NCBI GenBank assembly: GCA_024763215.1
Contig: JANTFX010000004.1
Span: 8,961 to 72,960 of the forward strand
Origin: Candidatus Krumholzibacteriia bacterium
GTDB taxonomy: Bacteria; Krumholzibacteriota; Krumholzibacteriia; LZORAL124-64-63
Direction: 5' to 3'
DNA: 64,000 nt
Shown here: positions 36,258 to 47,100 of the stretch, one piece after another
How the letters are laid out: the number at the start of each line of letters is the position of its first letter
Position numbering within the stretch: position 1 is the stretch's first letter
Program-made: the position numbers and the translations under genes
Notes under the pieces: generated by a model
Databases searched by the model: none
What the model was told of the DNA's origin: nothing
Seen by the model: only the letters and a program-made list of their open reading frames with translations

Positions 36258-38051
36258 TTGATTATCCAGCACTACCTTCAGCTGTTGAGCCACCACCGCA
36301 GGCTCGTGGGCAAGATCCTTCTGTGGGTGACCCTGATCACGCTCGTGTTGAGCATGCTGTTGCTGATCATCATGCCCAAGTATACGGCCACCTCCAGCGT
36401 GGTCATGCTGCCGACCGATCCCGAACTGGCCTTCACGCGGGGTTGGGTCGGCTCCAGCCAGTACAACCCCACCGCGTTCATGGCGCAGACCCAGGTGGAA
36501 TACCTGCTCAGCATGCCCGTGGCCAAGGTCACCCTGGACCAGCTGATGGCTGAATATGCCAAGGAAATGGCTGACGTGGCCAACCCCGGCGGCCTGCGCG
36601 GGCTCATGACCTCGGCGGTCAAGTCCATGCGCTACGCGTATTTCTGGACCTGGAACACGCTGAACTACGGCAAGTACATCCCTCTGACGACCTATGAATC
36701 CTACCTGGCGTTGCTGCGCAAGGGGACCAAGGTCGAGGTGGTCGAAGGGTCCTTCGTGATGCAGATCTCGGTCACCTTGCCGGATGCGAAGCTGGCCGCG
36801 CGGGCGGCCAATGTCCTGGCCGACGCCTACCAGAAGGAGATCGCCCGGGAGTTCTCCATGAGCGGCACCGAGCTGCAGGGGTTCTTCGACCGTGAAATCG
36901 CCCGCCGCCAGGCCGTGGTCGACAGCCTGGTCAACCAGGAGATCAACCTGGGCCGGGAACTGGGCGTGCTCTCGCTCAACGAACAGAAGGCGGCCCTGCA
37001 GGCGGCCATGGATTCCGAGTTGACGGCCCTGACCGGCGCCCAGGTCGACCTGGCCCAGCTGGAGTCGAAGGTGGCGGCCTTGAAGGACCAGATCGGCAAG
37101 GTCACCCAGCAGGACTTGCTGGCGCAGATGGATGAGGATCTGGCCATGCAGGAGGTCCAGCGTCAGGTGCTCCAGCGGTCGGTCACCGCCCACCGGGCGA
37201 ACCTCGACGATTTCAATCGCCAGCTGGAGGATCTCGCGGCCAAGGCCCAGCCCTTGCAGGCCGTGACCCTCAAGCGGGAGAACGCGGAGGCCAATCTGCA
37301 GGATCTGGTGCAGCGCAAGCTGGATGTCTATCTGTCCACCTATGCCTCCTTGTCCGAGGTGCGCACCATCAGCCCGGCCATCCCGCCGAAGTACCCCAGC
37401 TCGCCCGAGATCCTGGTTTACACCATCATCGCGTTCATCGCGGGTCTTTTCATCTCCATCTTCCTGCTCATCGCCATCGACTCGACCAGCGAGGCGGTCA
37501 AGACCTTCCCCGACCTGTTCAACGTGACGGGGCAGAGGGCCCTGGCCTTCATCCACCCGGCCATGAGCGCCCAGGCCCGGGGCAGGCCCCTGCGGTTCCT
37601 GAAGCGGTTCGATTTCCTGTCGGGGGGGATCCCCGACCTGGTGCACCGCCTGTCGGGACGCGGAGCGGCTCCGGAGTCGCCCCTGGATATCGTCTGCTTC
37701 GGAGGCCGGCAGGTCGGCGTGGATGCCGCGGTGACCCTGTGCGTCACCCTGGCCAAGGAGGGCAAGCGGGTCGTGTGCAGCCTGCCCGAGGGTGTGCCCG
37801 CGCCCACACTGCCGGCGGACGTTGCCGGCCTGGTCGATTTCGGCCCGGGCGCGGCCCAGGCCCCGGGCGCGGTCTACCTGCGCCTGGATACGGCCACCAC
37901 GCCCTGGGACCGGCTGCACGGGGACAGCAGCCAGGGCTTCATCTGCGCCCTCAAGGCGGGGCTGTTCAGTGAGGACCGTCTGGCCGGGTTCCGCGACGAG
38001 GCCCGGGAAGCCGGGCAGGACAAGGTGGACTTCATCCTGGTCGCGGATTAG
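36258..38051 (+). CDS. Polysaccharide co-polymerase (Wzc/GumC-like) with degenerate kinase domain
   Basis: TM1 followed by PKYTATSSV, TQVEYLLS, long coiled coil, ISPAIPPKYPSSP then TM2; no intact Walker A. TTG start inferred. Confidence 0.85.
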   Translation: MIIQHYLQLLSHHRRLVGKILLWVTLITLVLSMLLLIIMPKYTATSSVVMLPTDPELAFTRGWVGSSQYNPTAFMAQTQVEYLLSMPVAKVTLDQLMAEYAKEMADVANPGGLRGLMTSAVKSMRYAYFWTWNTLNYGKYIPLTTYESYLALLRKGTKVEVVEGSFVMQISVTLPDAKLAARAANVLADAYQKEIAREFSMSGTELQGFFDREIARRQAVVDSLVNQEINLGRELGVLSLNEQKAALQAAMDSELTALTGAQVDLAQLESKVAALKDQIGKVTQQDLLAQMDEDLAMQEVQRQVLQRSVTAHRANLDDFNRQLEDLAAKAQPLQAVTLKRENAEANLQDLVQRKLDVYLSTYASLSEVRTISPAIPPKYPSSPEILVYTIIAFIAGLFISIFLLIAIDSTSEAVKTFPDLFNVTGQRALAFIHPAMSAQARGRPLRFLKRFDFLSGGIPDLVHRLSGRGAAPESPLDIVCFGGRQVGVDAAVTLCVTLAKEGKRVVCSLPEGVPAPTLPADVAGLVDFGPGAAQAPGAVYLRLDTATTPWDRLHGDSSQGFICALKAGLFSEDRLAGFRDEAREAGQDKVDFILVAD

Positions 38052-38144
38052 CGACGGGATATTCCAGGCAGGATCGGTATTCCCGCACCGCGGGGGATTG
38101 GCTGCGGGGCGGCGGTGCGCCGCCGTCCGCAGGGGAGGCGTTTC

Positions 38145-41100
38145 TTGAAGAACGACAAGTGCCAAGGGCCCTACGACGGGGATTACGAGCATCCGAATTT
38201 TTTCAACAACTGCCCCAGCCTGGTATCGGTGCTGCGGTACTGGGCGCAGGAGACGCCGGACAAGACGTCCCACATCTATCTCGCCGAGGGCGAGCTGGAA
38301 GCCGACCGGCTGACCTTCGCCACCCTGGACGAGGACGCGCGCAGGATCGGCGCCTGGATCCAGGATCAGGGGCTTGCGGGCAAGCCCATCCTGCTCATGC
38401 ACCCCCCCGGGCTGGACTTCATCCGTTCCTTCTACGGCTGCGTGTACGGCGGGGCCATCGCCGTGCCCGCCTTCCCGCCCCGTTCGCGGCGGGTGGACAA
38501 GCGCATCGAGGCCATCGTGGCCGATTGCGGGGCCGCCGCCGTGTTCACCAACACCATGGCCTATGAGGTCACGGCCGGGCAGCTGGGCGGCGGGGACGCC
38601 CCGGTGGTGGACACCGAAGAGCTGGAGTTCGACGCGGACCTGTGGCGGGATCCGGTTCTGGACCACGACAGCATCGCCCTGCTGCAGTACACCTCCGGTT
38701 CCACCAAGGCCCCCAAGGGGGTCATGGTCACCAACGGCAACCTGCTGCACAACCTGGATTGCATCGCCCGGCACGGGGGGATGACGCCCGCCACGCGCAT
38801 GGGGATCTGGATCCCGTTCTTCCACGACATGGGGCTGGTCTCGGGCGTGGTGCTGCCGGTGGTGATCGGGTGCGACGCGGTGATCATGTCGCCGGCGGCG
38901 TTCCTCAAGAAGCCCATCCGCTGGTTGCGGGCCATCAGCGACTTCAAGGTCGAATCCTCGCCCGCGCCCAACTTCGCCTTCGAGCTGTGCACCGCCATGG
39001 TCAGCGAGGCCGAATGCGAGGGGCTGGATCTGAGCAGCTGGCGCATGGCCTGGAACGGGGCCGAGCCGGTGCGCGCGGAGACCCTGCACGCCTTTCAGGA
39101 GAAATTCGCGCCCTACGGGCTGCAGCCGGGCACGCTCTCGCCCTGCTACGGCATGGCCGAGACCACGCTGTGCGCCACGGCCACCAGCTACAAGCACCCC
39201 TTCCACACCACCCTGGTGGACAAGTCCGCCCTGGAGCAGAACCGGATCGTGCGTCGGGACGATCCCGACGAGACGACCTTCGAACTGGTCAGCTCCGGGG
39301 TGCTCAGCCACGGCTTCGACGTCCGCATCGTCGATCCGGGCACCCTGGAGGAATGCCCCCCGGACGTCATCGGCGAGATCTGGTGCAAGGCTCCGAGCGT
39401 GGCCGCCGGCTACTGGCAGCGGCCCGAGGAGACCGAAGAGGGCTTCGGCGCCCGCATCGAGGGTACCGGAGAGGGGCCGTACCTGCGCACCGGCGATCTG
39501 GGCTGTTTCCTGGACGGGGAACTGTACGTCACCGGGCGTCTGAAGGACTTGATCATCGTCGGGGGCCGGAACATCTACCCCCAGGACGTGGAGTTCGTGG
39601 TCACCGAGTGCCACGACGCCCTGCAGGCCGGCAGTTGCGCGGCGGTGGCCCTGGAGGTGGACGGGCGCGAGGTCCTGGGCGTCTTCCCCGAGATCAGCCG
39701 CACCCGCCGCAAGGATTTCGACGCGGAGGAGATCTTCCATGCCATCCGCGAGGCGATCTCGGAGAACTTCGAGCTCGCGGCGCAGACCATCGGGTTGGTG
39801 GCCCCGTACGCCATACCCAAGACCAGCAGCGGCAAGATCGCCCGGCAGATCGCCAAGCGGATGTACCTGGCCGGTGAGCTGAAGCTGCTGGCCGAGTGGA
39901 AGGCCGAGGCCCCGCGCGCGGAGGCGTCGACCGAGGCGACCGGGGCCTTCGCCGCCCTGGCCTCCCGCCTGGACGAGCGCAACGACCGCGAGCGCCGGCG
40001 CCTGCTGATCCGGTTCCTCCAGGATATCCTGGTCGAGGTCGCGGGGTTGTCCGGCCTTCCGGATCCGACCCAGGGTTTCGCGGCCATGGGCATCGATTCC
40101 ATGATGGCGGTCAAGCTGGCCCGCCGCCTGCAGAGCGAGCTGGGCTCCGACATCGACCTGCCGGCGACCTTGCTGTTCGACCGGCCCAACATCGCCGAAC
40201 TGGCGGAGTACCTGGCCGGGCAGCTGGCCCGCGCCGAGTCCGGACCCGCCGTGGCCGCCGGCCCGGACACCGACCATGCGCACGCGCCCGTGGCGGTGGT
40301 GGGCTTGAGCTGCCGCTTCCCCGGGGCCTCATCGCCCGAGGAATTCTGGGAGCTTCTGGTCGGCGAGCGCGACGCGGTGGGCGAGACCCCGGCCGACCGC
40401 TGGGACAACGATGTGTTCTACGACCCCGATCCCGACGCCCCCGGCAAGGTGTCGACCCGCTGGGGTGGCTTCATCGACGACATCGACAAGTTCGACGCGG
40501 CCTTCTTCGGTATCAGCCCGCGGGAGGCCGAGAGCCTGGACCCCCAGCAGCGCCTGTTGCTGGAGCAGACCTGGCTGGCCCTGGAGGACGCCGGTCTGAG
40601 CGCCCAGGCCGTGCGCGGTTCGCGGACGGGCGTGTTCGTGGGCATCAGCACCAAGGACTACTACAACCTGGTCCGGATGCAGGGCCAGGACAAGATCGAC
40701 GCCTACCAGGCTACCGGGGCGGCCTCCAGCGCGGCGGCGGGACGGCTGTCCTACTTCTTCGGCTTCAAGGGGCCTTGCGTGGCCCTGGACACGGCCTGCA
40801 GCTCATCCCTGGTGGCGGTGCACGAGGCCGTCCAGAGTCTGCGCCGCGGTGAGAGCGAGCTGGTGGTGGCCGGCGGGGTCAACGCCATCTTGACGCCCGA
40901 GGTGACGATCAGTTTTTCCCGGGCGCACCTGATGGCCCCGGACGGCCGTTGCAAGGCCTTCGACGCCGCGGCCAACGGTTACGTGCGCGGCGAGGGTTGT
41001 GGCATGGTGGTGCTCAAGCGCCTGGACGATGCGGTGCGCGACGGCGACCGCATCCTGGGCGTGATCCGCGGCAGCGCCGTGAATCAGGACGGGGACAGCT

Positions 41101-44100
41101 CCGGCCTGACCGTCCCCAACGGGCCCAGCCAGGAGGCGGTCATCAAGGCCGCGCTCCAGGATGCGGGCCTGGCTCCCGAGGCGGTGACCTTCCTGGAGGC
41201 CCACGGCACCGGCACCTCCCTGGGGGATCCCATCGAGGTGCAGTCCGCCGCGGCGGTGCTGGCCGGCGGCCGCACGGCCGACAAACCTCTGCTGCTGGGT
41301 TCGGTCAAGACCAACATCGGGCATCTGGAATCGGCCGCGGGAGTCGCCGGGCTGTGCAAGGCGCTGCTGACCCTCGGCCATCGGCGGATCCCGGCCACCC
41401 TGCACTTCACCGAACCCAACCCCTACATCCCCTGGGACCGGCTGGCTGTCCGGGTGGTGGACGAGGCCATGGATTGGCCCGAGGACCGGCCCCGCATCGC
41501 CGGGATCAGCTCCTTCGGCTTCGCCGGCACCAACGCCCACGTGATCATCGAGGGCCCCCCGGAAACCGCCGCGCCCGCCGCGGAAGCCGAGTCGGAAGAC
41601 GGCCTGCTGGCGCTCTCGGCGCGCACGCCGGAAGATCTCATCGCGCTGGCCGGCAGCTACCGGGAACATCTGGGGACCCTTGCCGGCTCTGACCTGCGCG
41701 ACGCCCTGCACACGATCAACACCACCCGCAGCCGGTTCGAGCACCGCGCGGGCGTGGCGTTCACCTGCACCGCCGAGCTGGAGGAGGGGTTGCAGGCGCT
41801 GAATGACGGCGCGGCCGCCAAGGGTGTCGTGACCGGTTCCTTTGCCGGCGGCCTGGTGCCGGTGACCGCGTTCCTGTTCACCGGCCAGGGGTCCCAGTAC
41901 CCCGGCATGGGCCGCGAGCTGTACGACCGCCAACCTGTGTTCCGGGCCATGCTGGACCGGTGCGCGGCGGTTTTCGACGGTTTGAAGGAGGCCGAGGCGC
42001 CCGGGCTGCTGGCGGTGATGTTCGGCGATGACCCCGACCAGCTGAAACAGACCGCCTATACCCAGCCCGCCCTGTTCGCGCTGGAAGTGGCCCTGGCCGC
42101 CCTGTGGGAAAGCTGGGGAGTGAAGCCGGAGATCCTGCTGGGCCACAGCGTGGGCGAGATCGCCGCGGTCTGTGTTTCGGGCGGCTTCACGCCCGAGGAC
42201 GGCATGAAGCTCATCAGCGCCCGGGCCCGGCTCATGGGCTCGCTGCCGGCCGGCGGCGCCATGGCGTCGATCCAGGCTGCTGCGGACGTGGTGGAAAAGA
42301 GCGCTGCGGAGTCCGGCCTGGACGTGGCCGCCTACAACGGGCGCGACACGGTGGTCAGCGGGGACGCGGACCGTATCCAGGAGCTTTGCGCCCGCCTGAA
42401 GGACGAGGGTGTCCGCTGCACGGTGCTCAAGACATCCCACGCCTTCCACAGCTCCCTGATGGATCCCATCCTAAACGAGTTCCGGACCATCGCGGCCACC
42501 ATCCCCGCCGCGCCCCTGCGGATTCCGGTGGTCAGCAACCTGACCGGCCAGGTCCTGGACGCGGGACACGTCATCGCACCCGGTTACTGGGCCGATCATA
42601 TCCGCAACCCGGTGCGCTTTGCAGACGGCATGGCCGTGCTGGCCGAACAGGGCGCCGCGGCGATCCTGGAGGTCGGCCCGCACCCGGTGTTGACGACCAT
42701 GGGCCAGCAGTGCTGGCCGGAGAAGCTCGCCTCGGGTGATGTTTCCGGGCAGCCGGCATGGATCGCCTCCCTGCGTCGTGACCAGCCCTCAGACCGGCAT
42801 ATCTTCAAGGCGGCTGGAGCCCTGTTCACCGCGGGCGTTGAGCCGGATTTCCAGGCGCTGGAGGGGGAGGCCCTGGCGCGGCGCCGCAAGGTGCCCGTTC
42901 CCCATTACCCGTTCGCCCGCAAGCGGTTCTGGGTCGAGATCCCCGAGGACCAGCGCAGCCCCCGCGCGCTGCTGACCCCCTACCTTTATCGGACCGTTTG
43001 GCATGAAACCGCCCTGCCGGAGACGGGGGCGTTGCCGGCCGGCCGCTGGCTGTTGATCGGGCAGGGGTCTGGTCTGGCATCAGGACTGGCCGCGCGGTTG
43101 CGCGGCCTGGAACAGGCGGTCACCGAGGTTCCCGGCGGCGAGGATCCGGTCTCCGCCTTGCAGGCCTGGCTCGCCGAGGAATCCGAAGTCCCGGGTCGGG
43201 TGGTCTTCCTCGGCGGGGTGGATCATGCGCGGGCCGGCAGCTTCGACGAGCTGCTGGCCGCACGCGCCGGCGGGGTGGGCACGGCCCTGGCCTTGATACG
43301 CGCCCTGATCGCCGCGGACCGTCCGGCGCGGTTGGCGCTGGTCACCCGCGGAGCCCAGGATGTCCTGGATTCCGATGACGTGGCCCCGGTCCAGGCGACC
43401 CTGTGGGGTGTGGGCAAGGTACTGGACTCCGAGCACCCGGAGCTGTGGGACAAGTGCGTCGATCTGGATCCGGCTTCCATGGCGGATGAGGCCGGGCAGC
43501 TGCTGGCGGCCCTGGCCGCTGCCGACGACGAGGATCTGACGGCCCTGCGCGGCGGCCGATACCTGGTGGCGCGTCTGGAACAGATGGACGCCCTGAAGCT
43601 GCCCGCCCGGCTGGAGGCGGCCAAGGCGGGCACGGTGCTGATCACCGGCGGCCTGGGCGCCCTGGGATTGCAGACGGCGCGCAGGATGGCCGAGCGCGGC
43701 GCCCCGGCCCTGGTGCTGACCAGCCGCCGCGAGCCTTCCGAAGCCGCGGCCGCGGCCATCGCCGAGCTGGCGGACACCGGTTGCCGCGTCGAGGTGATGT
43801 GCGCGGACGTGGGGACCGAGGACGGCGTCTCCGGTCTTCTGGACCGCATCGCCGGCTCGGATCTGCCCCCGCTCGGCGGCGTGATCCATGCCGCGGGGGT
43901 CGTGGATTCCCGTCCCCTGGAGCAGATCGACGACCAGGCCCTGGAAACGGTGCTGGCGGGCAAGATGAACGGGGCGTGGCTGCTGGACCGCCTGACGCGG
44001 CAGCGGGATCTGGACCTGTCGCTGTTCGTGTGCTTCTCGTCCATCGCGGCGGTGTGGGGCGGGCACAGCCAGGGCCACTATGCGGCGGCCAACGCGTTCC

Positions 44101-47100
44101 TGGACGCCCTGATGGCCAGGCGGCGTGCGGACGGCCTGCCGGGGGTGGCGGTGAACTTCGGGCCGGTGGCCGGCATCGGCATGGCCGCGGGCGAGGACGC
44201 GGGCGCCTGGCTGGAAAAGCGGGGCCTGCGCCTGGTGCCGCCCGCCCTGGCGCTGACGGGTCTGGAGGGTCTGGCCGCAGCCGGCTGTTCGGGCCTTGTG
44301 GCCGGTGTGAACTGGCCCGTATTCAAGCCCCTGATGGAGAGCATGCGCCGCCGGCCCCTGTTCGAGACCATCGCTGCAGCGGAGCAGGAGGCCGCGGCCG
44401 CTCCGGCCGAGGCCGCGGGTTCGGCCCTGGTGGAGGCCTTGCAGGAGGCGGATCCGGAAGACCGTCACGAGCTGCTGGTCCAGGCCGCGGTCAAGATCCT
44501 GGCCGAGGTGCTGCGGCAGCCCGCCCGGGAAATCAATCCCCAGGCCGGTTTCTTCGATCTGGGGATCGATTCGTTGATGGCCGTGGAGTTCCGCAACCGC
44601 CTGGAAAAGAGCCTGGGCTGCCGTCTGCCGGCCACCCTGGTCATGGACCACCCCAACCTTGACGCCGCCGCCGACCATATCCTGCAGAACGTGCTGGAGC
44701 TGGAGGAGAAGCAGGCGCAGCAGGTGGTCGTGGTCACGGGTTCGGACGAGCCCGTCGCGGTGATCGGCCTGAGCTGCCGTTTCCCCGGCGCCGAAAACGC
44801 CGCGGCCTTCTGGCGCCTGCTGGACGAGGGCGTCGACGCGACGTGCGAGATTCCCGACGACCGCTGGAACGTGGACGACTACTACGACCCCGACCCCGAC
44901 ACGGCCGGCACCATGTATGTCCGGCGGGGCGGGTTCATCACCGATGTCGACCGGTTCGATCCGCGCTTTTTCGGGGTCTCGCCCCGCGAGGCCGTGAGCA
45001 TGGACCCCCAGCACCGGTTGCTGCTGGAGCAGGCCTGGCATGCCCTGGAGGACGCCGGGCTGGTGCCGGACCGTCTGGCCGGCGCGCGCGCGGGCGTTTT
45101 CGTCGGCATCACCTCGCCCGATTACGCCTCCCTGATCAAGGCCGGCGGCGGGGAGATCGATCCCTACTTCGTGACCGGCAACGCGCCCAACGCCGCCGCC
45201 GGGCGCATCGCCTACCTCATGGGGTTCGAGGGCCCGGCCATGGCCCTGGACACCGCGTGCAGCTCTTCCCTGGTGGCGGTGCATCAGGCGGTGCTCAGCC
45301 TGCGCAGCGGGGATGCCGACCTGGCCCTGGCCGGTGGGGTGAACCTGATCCTCGATCCCGTGGGGATGGTGGCCACCAGCCGGGCCCGCATGCTGGCGCC
45401 CGACGGGCGCTGCAAGACCTTCGACAGGAGCGCCGACGGCTACGCCCGGGGCGAGGGCTGCGGCATGGTGGTGCTCAAGCGCCTGGGCGACGCCCAGCGG
45501 GACGGCGACAGGATCCTGGCCGTGATCCGGGGCAGCGCCGTGAACCAGGACGGGCGCAGCAGCGGCCTGACCGTGCCCAACGGCCCCAGCCAGGAGCGCG
45601 TGATTCGCGAGGCCCTGGCGAGGGCCAAGGTCACCCCCGGCCAGATCGATTACCTCGAGGCCCACGGCACCGGCACCATCCTGGGCGACCCCATCGAGGT
45701 GCAGGCCGCCATGAACGTGCTGGGCGAGGGGCATTCCCGGGAGCACCCCCTCCTGCTGGGCTCGGTCAAGACCAACGTGGGCCATCTGGAAGCGGCCGCG
45801 GGGATGGCCTCGCTGCTGAAGGTCGTGCTCTCGCTGCAGCACGGGCGCCTGCCGCGCCACCTGCATGTGACCCGGCCCAACCCCGAGATCCGGTGGGAGG
45901 AACTGCCGGTGCGGGTGACCACCGAGCCTGTGCCCTGGGCTCCGAAGGAGACACCGCGCCTGGCCGGGGTCAGCGCCTTCGGCGTCAGCGGTACCAACGC
46001 GCATCTGGTGGTTTCCGATGCCCCCCCGGCACCGCAGCCGGAACCGGCCGCGGCCGGGACCAAGGCGGGATGGCACCTGCTCCCGCTGTCCGCGCGCACC
46101 GAGGGGTCCTTGACCAGGCTGGCCGCTTCCTACGCCGAGCTCCTGGCCGGGGCCCAGAGCCCGGATCCCGAGGTCCTCTGCTTCTCGGCCGCCACGCGCC
46201 GGGCCAGGATGGAGCACCGCGCCGGCCTGGTCTTTGCCGATCTGCCGGCGTTGCGGGCCCAGCTCGAGGCCCTGTCCAGCGGCCAAACCCACCCGGGGCT
46301 CGTCACCGGATCGGTCGTGCGACGTGACGGGCGGCCGGCCCGCGTGGCCTTCCTGTTCACCGGCCAGGGTTCCCAGTACACGGGCATGGGCAAGGGCCTT
46401 TACGACGAGTACCCGGTGTTCCGGGAGATGCTGGACCGTTGCGCCGCGGCGTTCGAGGCGGCACGGGGGCAGGAGCGTCCTCTGGGTCTGCTGGAGGTCA
46501 TGTTCGAGGATCATGGCGACCAGCTGAATCAGACCGGCTACACCCAGCCGGCCCTGTTCGCCCTGGAAGTGGCCCTGGCGGCCTTGTGGCAAAGCTGGGG
46601 CATCGCCCCGGCGGCGGTCCTGGGGCACAGCGTGGGCGAGTTCGCCGCCGCCTGTGTCGCGGGTCATCTGGCCGTGGAAGACGGCATGGCGTTGATCAGC
46701 GAGCGCAGCCGCCTGATGCAGGAACTGCCGGCCGGGGGCCTGATGGCCTCGGTGCTGGCCGACCCGCAGCGGGTTGAAGCGGCCGCGGCGGAGGATCCCG
46801 ACCTCTTCGTGGCCGCCTACAACGGCCCCGAGACCGTCGTGAGCGGCCCGGCCGCCAGCGTCGAGAAGGCCGTGGCCCGGCTCGAGTCCGAGGGCTGCCG
46901 TTGCACCATCCTGAAGACTTCCCACGCCTTCCACAGCTCCTTGATGGAGCCGATCCTGGCCCCCTTCCGGGACTTCGCCGGCAGCCGCGATCTCCAACCC
47001 CTGCAGGTGCCCCTGGTGAGCAACCTCACCGGAAAGGTGCTCGGGCCCGGGGAGGCCCCGTCGCCCGACTACTGGACCGACCATATCCGCCAACCCGTGC

